DNA of 64,000 bases from a virus, in IMG/VR virus record IMGVR_UViG_3300023109_000021, positions 6,803-70,802 of that record. One strand, 5' to 3'. Shown here in pieces: positions 19,897 through 27,894 of the stretch (position 1 is the first letter of the stretch; every line of letters begins with the position of its first letter). The position numbers and the translations under genes were made by a program. The notes under the pieces are model-generated. The model searched no databases, was not told the DNA's origin, and saw nothing but the letters and a program-made list of their open reading frames with translations.

Positions 19897-20130
19897 TTAT
19901 AGTATTGTTACTTCTACCCAACCTTTCTCAGAGTGGTTTGCATCTGCAACATAACCATCATCTTTTAGTTGTTGTTCTAATTCTAGAGCTGCTTCCCATA
20001 GTCCTGGTTCAGGGATCTCATCATGTTCATCATCATAATAAACATCACCACGACATTGATAGAATCTATCATCTGGTGCTTGATCTACAAATTCAAACTC
20101 ATAACCTTTTACTCTTCTTATTCTTTCCAT
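19897..20130 (-). CDS. hypothetical acidic protein
   Basis: Co-directional ORF directly downstream of the splB-like gene. Confidence 0.7.
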   Translation of the reverse strand: MERIRRVKGYEFEFVDQAPDDRFYQCRGDVYYDDEHDEIPEPGLWEAALELEQQLKDDGYVADANHSEKGWVEVTIL

Positions 20131-20132
20131 TT

Positions 20133-20978
20133 TTAAAATATATATCTAATTGTTTCTAATTCAAAATACTGATTGTACAACTGCTTCCAAAATGTTAGCA
20201 GTTTAGTCTTATCACGTATTGGATATCTCATAACACCACTGTTATTCTTGATCTCACAACTGTGTTTCATCATGTCTTGTGCTTCTGGTGAAGCTTTAGC
20301 CATTTGGTTCCTATGATTGGTGAGTACTATCACCTCACATTTATTATCTCTACCTGCATACTTTACTACCTGTGCAAACATCTCATCATAATGTTGTATC
20401 CAACGTCTGTTAAACACAACAGGTGAATAGTTTATGTGCACTTCCCATCCTAAATCTTTAAGACGGTTGATATCTTGTATTCTAGACTCTATCTTTTGCA
20501 TCTTAGGCTCAAGTACATCAGAGTATGCTTGTGGCATAAGACTTACACGAACTCTTGGAGGCTTGTTGAAATGCCTAACGTCTAACGTTAGTAGTCCTGG
20601 GTACTTTGTAGCCATTGTTGTGTTAAGATTTTCGTGTTTATCATACATAAGCAAGTAATCGTGTAAAGAAACTCCTGTTTTCTTTACATGTTTCTGCATA
20701 AGTACTAAGTCTGTATTGCATGCAACATCTACCATAGTGTAGATTGGATCCTGTTGGTCAGGCACTTTGTTGTAAGTCTTCTCCCATTCAACAACTGATT
20801 CAAATATCTCATCAACATTAGTGTTGACAAACACTCTGGTCCCATTGTAACGTGACATATAACAATAAGTGTTAACACAACCACCAAAGCAACCATAGAT
20901 GAGGTTTGGAGCAATGCAATTAGCACTATTGTTATTGTCTTTAGTTACAAGCGTCTTTGTTTTCTGTATTTTTATCAT
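20133..20978 (-). CDS. splB: spore photoproduct lyase-like radical SAM enzyme
   Basis: GCFGGCVNTYCY cluster motif, VACNTD (Cys141-equivalent), ATKY, RVRVSL, LEP...RI..IN.L...G and H.NYSPV. Confidence 0.8.
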   Translation of the reverse strand: MIKIQKTKTLVTKDNNNSANCIAPNLIYGCFGGCVNTYCYMSRYNGTRVFVNTNVDEIFESVVEWEKTYNKVPDQQDPIYTMVDVACNTDLVLMQKHVKKTGVSLHDYLLMYDKHENLNTTMATKYPGLLTLDVRHFNKPPRVRVSLMPQAYSDVLEPKMQKIESRIQDINRLKDLGWEVHINYSPVVFNRRWIQHYDEMFAQVVKYAGRDNKCEVIVLTNHRNQMAKASPEAQDMMKHSCEIKNNSGVMRYPIRDKTKLLTFWKQLYNQYFELETIRYIF

Positions 20979-21193
20979 GATAATTTAGTAATCCTCTTTC
21001 TTCTTTGTTTAATCTCTTGTTTATTAACACTTGCCTCATACAATCCCTCAACCTTTGTAATGTTAAAGTCTTTTATGTATCTATACAGAGTTCTCTCTGT
21101 TATGCCTAGCCTTTCAGCTGCATGAGCTCTATGTCCACAACACTTGTTCATGGCCTTAATAATCAATGCTACATGTGCTTCTCTAATTGTCAT
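20975..21193 (-). CDS. Fis-type helix-turn-helix protein (HTH_8)
   Basis: IIKAMNKCCGHRAHAAERLGITERTLYRYIK. Confidence 0.85.
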   Translation of the reverse strand: MTIREAHVALIIKAMNKCCGHRAHAAERLGITERTLYRYIKDFNITKVEGLYEASVNKQEIKQRRKRITKLS

Positions 21194-21325
21194 GACCCTA
21201 AGAGATTACAAATTATCATAACCCACAAAAGAGCCATTAAAAAAATGATTACTGGTAAACATCCTTTCATGTTACGCTGGTACTGCTCTTTTGAGCGTCC
21301 TTGGTATTCCCACTTCTCCTTTTTC

Positions 21326-21481
21326 TTACTCATAGCTAAAGTATTTAGATTTCATTCTCTTCCACCATGGATTCAGAATTGATATTGTGTTATACTCTTC
21401 CTCTGTGTAAACTTCTACACGCCCTTTGTCATCAATTAGACAATGCAAACCTGTTTCAAGTACTATATGTTCTTTAATCAT
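21326..21481 (-). CDS. small hypothetical protein (51 aa, not in ORF track)
   Basis: MIKEHIVLETGLHCL...; overlaps the upstream stop. Confidence 0.55.
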   Translation of the reverse strand: MIKEHIVLETGLHCLIDDKGRVEVYTEEEYNTISILNPWWKRMKSKYFSYE

Positions 21482-21719
21482 GCTCGTAGTATTTATTTAA
21501 GATTAATGTTTCTATCTCTGCTATTGTATCATAATGTAGAATGCCAATGATATCTTGGCCTCCACATGATATAATGTGTGATTCAAACTCTGCAGGTGCT
21601 CCTGGATAACCAGCCATATCTGCATCATATGTTATTTCTTTCTCCTCTGGTGCATAAAAACCAGTGACATTGAGTACAACATTGTCATACTCAATCTCAT
21701 GTGTGGTTCCATTAGCCAT
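21474..21719 (-). CDS. hypothetical protein
   Basis: Co-directional early-region ORF with a GYPGAPAEFE motif. Confidence 0.7.
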   Translation of the reverse strand: MANGTTHEIEYDNVVLNVTGFYAPEEKEITYDADMAGYPGAPAEFESHIISCGGQDIIGILHYDTIAEIETLILNKYYEHD

Positions 21720-21720
21720 G

Positions 21721-21867
21721 TTAATAGCCTATTTGTTCTAGCGCTTCATCTTCTGCTTCTACTGTATACATAGTATTAGCAATGTTGCACATAAATAGCA
21801 CTCCAAATAGGAATGCTGCTTTTCTAAATTTGTAAAACTCCGTGGGTGTTAACTTAATTTTTCTCAT
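21721..21867 (-). CDS. small hypothetical protein (48 aa, not in ORF track)
   Basis: MRKIKLTPTEFYKF...EQIGY; A-rich leader. Confidence 0.6.
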   Translation of the reverse strand: MRKIKLTPTEFYKFRKAAFLFGVLFMCNIANTMYTVEAEDEALEQIGY

Positions 21868-22029
21868 TTTGTATTTATTAATGGTTTAACTTATTTATTC
21901 TTTAGTCTATAGCAATCATTCAGGTTTTAACGCATAACCTTATTCCCCTGATTCTTTACTCACTCAACCAATTGTTATGGTATCTACCCTTGTTTTACAA
22001 GTGAGGTTATCTCTGCTTTTAGACTTTAT

Positions 22030-22275
22030 CTAGTAATCTTTACCCATATCCATATCATTAATCATATCTTCTTGGAAGTTACGGTCAATGCCTGTTAGAG
22101 GTATTTTACCTCTGTTTGGATTTTTTGGTTGAAGAGCAATCTTTTCAAAAAGCTCTTTTTCAAGAGATTTATACACTTGCATAAACTCTTCTACATTCAT
22201 ATCTCCTGCTTCTTGGCAGATAGCATCAAGTTGTAGTTTTACCTTGTGATGCACATTATATAAGTTATTTATCAT
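22030..22275 (-). CDS. hypothetical protein
   Basis: 81-aa early-region ORF. Confidence 0.6.
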   Translation of the reverse strand: MINNLYNVHHKVKLQLDAICQEAGDMNVEEFMQVYKSLEKELFEKIALQPKNPNRGKIPLTGIDRNFQEDMINDMDMGKDY

Positions 22276-22311
22276 AATATAGTGAGTATGATGCTCTCCA
22301 GCTTTAACTTA

Positions 22312-22545
22312 TTAACTATAATCTTTCTGACTTGTTAGAATACCAGCAGCCTCCCAAAACAATATTTTAGTCTCAGGATTACTTACTGGTCTTAGTATAT
22401 CAAGCTGTTGAGCTAAATTTATACTAAATGGTATAAGACTTAACATGAAAGTCTCATATATTTCATTATCTAATTGCTCTAATAGTTTAGGACTATTAAT
22501 AGCTCTTGTAGCTAAACTAATAGCTTTATCTTTTAAATTTGACAT
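22312..22545 (-). CDS. hypothetical protein
   Basis: Likely start MSNLKDK at 22545. Confidence 0.55.
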   Translation of the reverse strand: MSNLKDKAISLATRAINSPKLLEQLDNEIYETFMLSLIPFSINLAQQLDILRPVSNPETKILFWEAAGILTSQKDYS

Positions 22546-22763
22546 GATATAATAGTACAATGCTCTACAGCGTTAAGTTATTAAATATATACTTGCACCA
22601 ACCACTTAAGGTTTACATGTCCTACCTTGTAGGTCCACAGTCTGTTTTTTGGCTATGTTAACTAAACAGCAAGTCTAAGTTGATCAACACTTATTTTGCC
22701 CAGTGCAAGTATAATTTAAGTATTTAGAGCTCCCTAACTTAATATAAGCATAGAGAGAAAGTT

Positions 22764-22802
22764 AAAAAAAAAGCCAGTCTATTTTATCCAACTTCAACTG
22801 GC
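22764..22802 (-). terminator. possible intrinsic terminator
   Basis: GCCAGT/ACTGGC stem followed by T9 on the minus strand; loop is large. Confidence 0.5.
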
Positions 22803-23131
22803 ATGGTTGTCCTATGAATACTCATAGTTAGGAATAAGTCATTTGATTATCAGGTGAGACCAACACCTACCAACATACTCATTGGTTGATTAGACACTAT
22901 AGGTAATTAACCTATTTCACTTCATGTGTGTCACACTAGTCTAGAATTACTTAGACACGTATCTTTGTAGCATGTTAATGCTATATTTATTTAGTATGCA
23001 ACAGTGAATGTTACAGCTGTCAAAAAGTGTTGAAATGTGCTGTATGTGAACACGTACAAGTTATCACACACACAAAACACTTACGTTTTATGGTTTTTAA
23101 AGGCCCAACCCTATAATCCCACCCTGTATAT

Positions 23132-23162
23132 AAAGGAGAGAGCTGTTACACTCTCCCCTTTT
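23132..23162. terminator. terminator-like hairpin after ORF 23175-23594
   Basis: AAAGGAGAG(AG)...CTCTCCCCTTTT, 12 nt past the stop codon. Confidence 0.55.
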
Positions 23163-23174
23163 GAGGGTTGTTGC

Positions 23175-23594
23175 TTAGAAAGCAACCAACTCGTCCAACT
23201 TAATTGTTGGTGCTACAAACTCTTGTGCTTCATCTTCCGTGATGGCAAAGTCTTCCACTTGAGTTCCACCAGGTAATGACACAAAGTTTCCTGTCACTAC
23301 TTTAGTTTCCCCTGTGTTTTCATCGATTGCATCCCAAGATGTTTCAAGTATTGGAAACCCTTGAACTTGTGAAAGGGTGATTTCTTGGTCACGCATTCCA
23401 CGACTAACTGCTTTTGAACAAGCAACTACTGCGCTCATTCCGTCAGCACGCTTAACTACAAGAGCAACACGCTTTGTGTGGTCTTTGAAGTTCTTGTCAA
23501 TTAATGTAATTGCTCCGCCCTTACCTGCGTTGCTTGCTACTGTACCTAATGTTTTTAGGTTTTCTCTCTGGTAATCTTTAAATTGTAATCCCAT
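23175..23594 (-). CDS. hypothetical protein, first gene of the leftward arm
   Basis: Likely start MGLQFK at 23594 with an A-rich leader; visibly more GC-rich than its neighbours. Confidence 0.75.
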   Translation of the reverse strand: MGLQFKDYQRENLKTLGTVASNAGKGGAITLIDKNFKDHTKRVALVVKRADGMSAVVACSKAVSRGMRDQEITLSQVQGFPILETSWDAIDENTGETKVVTGNFVSLPGGTQVEDFAITEDEAQEFVAPTIKLDELVAF

Positions 23595-23740
23595 CTTGTT
23601 TCTGTTTTTTAATGGATTATTGTGAAGAATGGGGGCTACCCCCAATCGTCAATTTTTGTTTGGGGTATTCAATTGGTAGGGGTCTCCTATCTTACACACA
23701 CGGTGGGGTGGGGCGTTTTTAAAAAAAAGTTTTAAGAAAA

Positions 23741-23773
23741 TTTGGTTGGCATAGTAAAAATGATTTACCTTTG
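23741..23773 (+). promoter_or_regulatory. Bacteroidota-type promoter (TTTG-N21-TACCTTTG)
   Basis: -33 box at 23741-23744; -7 box at 23766-23773. Confidence 0.55.
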
Positions 23774-23885
23774 GTGGGTGGGTGGGCTATTAGTTATTAT
23801 TATTATTTTCTTCTTTTACATGTTCCTAATAAGGATAACTTAATCATACAAGTATACATAATATAGCATTGAAATATACCATATG

Positions 23886-23915
23886 TTGTGTATATAGATT
23901 TTTATTGTATATTTG
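23886..23915 (+). promoter_or_regulatory. Bacteroidota-type promoter (TTG-N19-TATATTTG) for the packaging/structural arm
   Basis: Consensus -33/-7 spacing, 35 nt upstream of ATG 23951. Confidence 0.7.
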
Positions 23916-23950
23916 TGATTATATGATATGTAATTATATATAACTAAATC

Positions 23951-24412
23951 ATGGAAAAAAGAAATATAGTCATACAAGAACTAAAGAAGAGTTTAGAAGA
24001 TGAGTATGTAGTAGCACAAAAGTATTATTCTATACTATCTGCTATCAATAACCTTAACTTAACAAAGAGGGAGATTGAACTAATAGCATTTACAGCAGTA
24101 AAGGGTACTATATCCTATGCAAACTCAAGAGCACAGTTTTGTGAGAAGTACAATACAACTACAGCTACGATTAACAACATAGTGTCAAAGCTAAAAAAAA
24201 TCGGAATCTTTGTAAAGCATCTAGGTAAGATAAAGGTTAATCCTATTATTGTTATAGACTTCAAAAAAAATTTAAACCTAGTAATTAGATTAGTTCATAA
24301 TGAAGAAACCAAAAAAACTATCCTTAAAGGAGAGATTAATCAAGAGGATGTCAACAAAGCTGATAGTGTCAGAAGTGGTGCTCAATCAAGTGATAACTCA
24401 CCAGTTCAATAG
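23951..24412 (+). CDS. winged-helix DNA-binding protein
   Basis: LTKREIELIA...TINNIVSKLKKIGIFVK...VNP. Confidence 0.7.
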   Translation: MEKRNIVIQELKKSLEDEYVVAQKYYSILSAINNLNLTKREIELIAFTAVKGTISYANSRAQFCEKYNTTTATINNIVSKLKKIGIFVKHLGKIKVNPIIVIDFKKNLNLVIRLVHNEETKKTILKGEINQEDVNKADSVRSGAQSSDNSPVQ

Positions 24413-24659
24413 TGCTCACGATGCATTAAAGGATAACAATAGTATAGAGATATCTGGTTACGGTAAGTTTTTGTTTAACAAGAAAAAAGCTAAAACTAAG
24501 GTAAAGAATTTAGAAAAAGTAAAAAATTCTTACGAAAAGATCTTAACAGATGATGATATCTCGTTAAAAAGATCTAACTTTATCAAAAGTAAATTAAGTT
24601 CTATAAACTTAACTTTGAACTCACTAAAACCAAAAATAAAAGAAGATGAAACTATCTGA
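24300..24659 (+). CDS. HU/IHF-like DNA-binding protein
   Basis: Helical N-terminus followed by SIEISGYGKF, the HU/IHF signature. Confidence 0.7.
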   Translation: MKKPKKLSLKERLIKRMSTKLIVSEVVLNQVITHQFNSAHDALKDNNSIEISGYGKFLFNKKKAKTKVKNLEKVKNSYEKILTDDDISLKRSNFIKSKLSSINLTLNSLKPKIKEDETI

Positions 24660-24942
24660 AGTATACGAAGGATGGAGAAATAAAATTCTTCCTCCTGAGA
24701 AGTTAAAAGATAAGATTGCAGAAGTTAGTAATGAAAGAATAACAATCTGTGATAGTTGTGACAATCATTCTAAGAATCACAAAACAATAAGGCCAGATGC
24801 ACATTGTGTAAGTTGTGGATGTACATTATCTGCAAAAACAAAATGTTTATCGTGCTCATGTCCTATTAACAAGTGGCAAGCTGTACTAACATCAGAGCAA
24901 GAAGGTAAATATAAAGAATATGAAAAAACAACTACGACTTAA
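24646..24942 (+). CDS. Cys-rich zinc-binding protein
   Basis: R..ICDSC...CVSCGC.L.AKT.C...CP..KW. Confidence 0.75.
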   Translation: MKLSEVYEGWRNKILPPEKLKDKIAEVSNERITICDSCDNHSKNHKTIRPDAHCVSCGCTLSAKTKCLSCSCPINKWQAVLTSEQEGKYKEYEKTTTT

Positions 24943-25210
24943 TAAAGTATCAGTATCATCATTGATCCAAGTACTAAGCCAACTGTTTGAAGATGGTGCA
25001 GATTTTATTGACATAGAAGGAGAACCTCAAGAAGGTAAAGAAAATGATATTATAAAGGTTACTGTTCGCCCTGAGTATTATATTGATGCTGAGGGACATA
25101 CAGAAAGTGATGAAGATGATCCAGAATACTTATTTACAGAGCAACCTTATGAAGCACCTGACGAAGAACTAAATCCACTTTCAGATGAAGATATAAATGA
25201 CTTAATTTAA
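24920..25210 (+). CDS. hypothetical acidic protein
   Basis: Coupled ORF with a D/E-rich C-terminus. Confidence 0.7.
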   Translation: MKKQLRLNKVSVSSLIQVLSQLFEDGADFIDIEGEPQEGKENDIIKVTVRPEYYIDAEGHTESDEDDPEYLFTEQPYEAPDEELNPLSDEDINDLI

Positions 25211-25217
25211 GTAACTA

Positions 25218-25493
25218 ATGAAAAAACCAATCAACACATATATGCAAAAAATCGTAAAGATTATTAACCAACTAACTGTAAATCATCCTAAGATTAATCT
25301 TGGAAAACACATAGATACAGCTTTAGATGGAGAAGACATATGGTCATTGAGTAATGAAAAGTTTTACTCTTTATTACGTAACTATCAAGCTAAATTAGAT
25401 GCAGTAGAGTTATCTAATGATGATTGGGAAATGGATAAAATACTAAAAGATGGAATGGACTTGAGTTTAGAAGACCATGACGAACTCTACTAA
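25218..25493 (+). CDS. hypothetical protein
   Basis: Co-directional ORF in the operon. Confidence 0.7.
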   Translation: MKKPINTYMQKIVKIINQLTVNHPKINLGKHIDTALDGEDIWSLSNEKFYSLLRNYQAKLDAVELSNDDWEMDKILKDGMDLSLEDHDELY

Positions 25494-25543
25494 TAATAAT
25501 TACGTCTTTATATATTGGGAAGACGAATGGAATCAAGAACAAG

Positions 25544-25873
25544 ATGATAAAAAAAACTACATACATTAATGCAGAGCTTGATTGGGCAGAGCAGCAGTTA
25601 ATCTCTTGGAAAGAGTACGTTGATGCTAACCCCTTACATAAGCTTGACGATAGAGTAAAATACAAAGAAACTTCTAACGGTGGTCAAATACCAATGGTTG
25701 TTGCAAGTATAGAATCTCAAGGAAAATTTGTACAAGATACAATGAAAAACTACTTGTCTCTCTTAGAACAAGTTGATAAACTTCGTGAAAAAGAAGCAAA
25801 GAAGAAGATAGAAACTAGAGGTGGCCAAGAACTAGGTAGTATGGCTGAAGAGTTTATCAAGAGTAGAAAATAA
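25544..25873 (+). CDS. hypothetical protein, possible terminase small subunit
   Basis: Helical protein translationally coupled to TerL; function inferred from position only. Confidence 0.45.
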   Translation: MIKKTTYINAELDWAEQQLISWKEYVDANPLHKLDDRVKYKETSNGGQIPMVVASIESQGKFVQDTMKNYLSLLEQVDKLREKEAKKKIETRGGQELGSMAEEFIKSRK

Positions 25874-27894
25874 TGGAGATAAAAAGTGTAGACTACAAAG
25901 ATTGGATGATTAATCAGAAGAGAATTCCTGATAAGGAGTCTGATGAATACAAAGCATTCTTTGACTACCATAAAGATTTGTGTATGAATGGGTGCATGAT
26001 GGACGGTACATACATAAATCCATTCCTATATTGGCACTTAAATGCCTGGCATACAGAAGTTGATATCATAGATGAGTATGGTAGAATTAATCAGAAGTAT
26101 GCTAATCCACTACTTAGAGATAATGAATGGTTAGTAACTAATGAAATAGATAGAGCACATAAAGAAAAGAAAGGACTAATAATACTAGGAATTAGACGTT
26201 TTGCTAAGTCTGTTATAGAAGCAAGTTACATTGCTCAAGGTGCAACCTTTGATGAGAACTCTCAAAACATTATAGCAGGACTAAATGCTCCTGATATTAA
26301 GTTAATTACAGATAAGATTGACAAAGGTTTAAACTTCTTACCTAAAGCTTGGAGATGGCAAAGAGTAGAAGACAACTGGAAAAATCAAGTAACGTTAGGT
26401 ATTAAAACTAGAGGTGGTGAAAGAATACCGTTTTCACAAATCCTTATACGTAACTTAGATGATGGTAACAACGAAGAAGCAATTGCAGGTACTAAGCCTA
26501 GAAGATTAATTATTGATGAGATAGGTAAAGGTAATTTTCTAAGAGGATTACAAGCAGCCATACCTGGATTTACAACACCATTTGGTTGGGGTTGTAGCCC
26601 CATATTGACAGGGACAGGTGGAGACATGAAGAAGTTTATGGATGCAAAGTCTTTAATGTTTGACGTAGAAAACTTTAATTTTCTTACGTACAATAATTCA
26701 AAAGATGATAAGCGTATTCATGGATTATTTATTGGTCATGAATATAGAATGGAGGCTAAAGAAGATAGTTCACTTGGAGCGTTTTTAAACAAGTCAAAAA
26801 AATCATCTTTGCAAAAGATACCAATGATGGTGTCTAATAAGGAAAAGGCTGATAAGGTTACTAACGATAACTTAGAAAGATTAAAAAAGGCTGGAGATAG
26901 ATTAGCTTACTTAAAAGAAAAGATGTATTATCCACAAGAGGTGGATGATATCTTTTTAAATGAGGATACAAATATATTTGACATTAGTTCAGCTAAGCGT
27001 CAAAAAAATAGATTATTAGAAAATGATAAAACAGGTACGCCTGTTATATTATATGATGATGGTGAAGGTGTAAAGCACGAGTTTACAGATAAAATGCCAA
27101 TATCTAACTTTCCACTAAAAGCAACGGATTTAAAAGATGCTCCTGTAGTTATATATGAGTTTCCTGTAGAAAATCCACCTTATGGCCTATATGTTGCAGG
27201 TATTGACCCTTACAGACAAGGTAAATCAGCATATAGCTCATCATTAGGATCTGTATACATATATAAGCGTATGCATGCTATATCTGGTGATAAGTACCAA
27301 GATATGTTTGTAGCTAGCTATTGTGCTAGACCAGAGAAGAAAGAAACATGGGAAAACCAAGCTCGTTATCTAATTAAGTACTTTAATGCAAGAGCGCTGT
27401 GTGAAAATGATGAAATCTCTTTTATAGATCATATGATTAGTAAAGGAGATGCTCAATATTTAGAAAGACAACCTAGTTGGCTAAAAGAAATAGTTCCTAC
27501 TACAACTGTAAGAAGGGATTATGGAATACACAGATCATCAGAAAAGATTAGAGACTTTTTACATGGGTGTCTTAAAAAATACTCAGAAGAAATTATACAT
27601 TCTGAGACTGATGATGATGGAGAAGTTGTATCTCAAACAAAAGGTATGGCTAAAATATTAGATCCATTACTGTTAGAAGAAATGATACAGTACAATGAGT
27701 CTGGTAACTTTGATAGAATTATTGCAGCTGAGTTAGCCGTTGCGCTAGCTATGAAGCTTGACCCTATTCTAGGAAAAGTAGGAAGCAAAGAAGATGTTAG
27801 GTTAACATCTATGTTTAACAAGAACAAAAAAAACAAGCTATTTACAGAGTCAAGAGGGCTCTTTAATAGAAAGAAAAACAAACTTTTTTCATAA
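25873..27894 (+). CDS. terL: terminase large subunit
   Basis: RRFAKS Walker A variant, IIDEIG Walker B, TGTGG, nuclease AGIDPY and NFDRI; precedes the portal. Confidence 0.92.
   Translation: MEIKSVDYKDWMINQKRIPDKESDEYKAFFDYHKDLCMNGCMMDGTYINPFLYWHLNAWHTEVDIIDEYGRINQKYANPLLRDNEWLVTNEIDRAHKEKKGLIILGIRRFAKSVIEASYIAQGATFDENSQNIIAGLNAPDIKLITDKIDKGLNFLPKAWRWQRVEDNWKNQVTLGIKTRGGERIPFSQILIRNLDDGNNEEAIAGTKPRRLIIDEIGKGNFLRGLQAAIPGFTTPFGWGCSPILTGTGGDMKKFMDAKSLMFDVENFNFLTYNNSKDDKRIHGLFIGHEYRMEAKEDSSLGAFLNKSKKSSLQKIPMMVSNKEKADKVTNDNLERLKKAGDRLAYLKEKMYYPQEVDDIFLNEDTNIFDISSAKRQKNRLLENDKTGTPVILYDDGEGVKHEFTDKMPISNFPLKATDLKDAPVVIYEFPVENPPYGLYVAGIDPYRQGKSAYSSSLGSVYIYKRMHAISGDKYQDMFVASYCARPEKKETWENQARYLIKYFNARALCENDEISFIDHMISKGDAQYLERQPSWLKEIVPTTTVRRDYGIHRSSEKIRDFLHGCLKKYSEEIIHSETDDDGEVVSQTKGMAKILDPLLLEEMIQYNESGNFDRIIAAELAVALAMKLDPILGKVGSKEDVRLTSMFNKNKKNKLFTESRGLFNRKKNKLFS

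Noticed and set aside
21915-21924. CTGAATGA on the minus strand as a possible hammerhead ribozyme core
   Set aside because: It is one base longer than CUGAnGA and has no correctly placed GAAA or stems.
27-23574. Plus-strand ORFs in the left arm (for example 16386-16814, 16951-17301, 19875-20159, 23037-23276)
   Set aside because: Nearly all are antisense shadows of well-supported minus-strand genes, with non-ATG starts or Ser/Leu/Phe/Ile-biased composition.
23595-23645. Upstream extension of ORF 23175-23645
   Set aside because: It uses a non-ATG start inside the GC hairpin; ATG 23594 has a typical A-rich leader.
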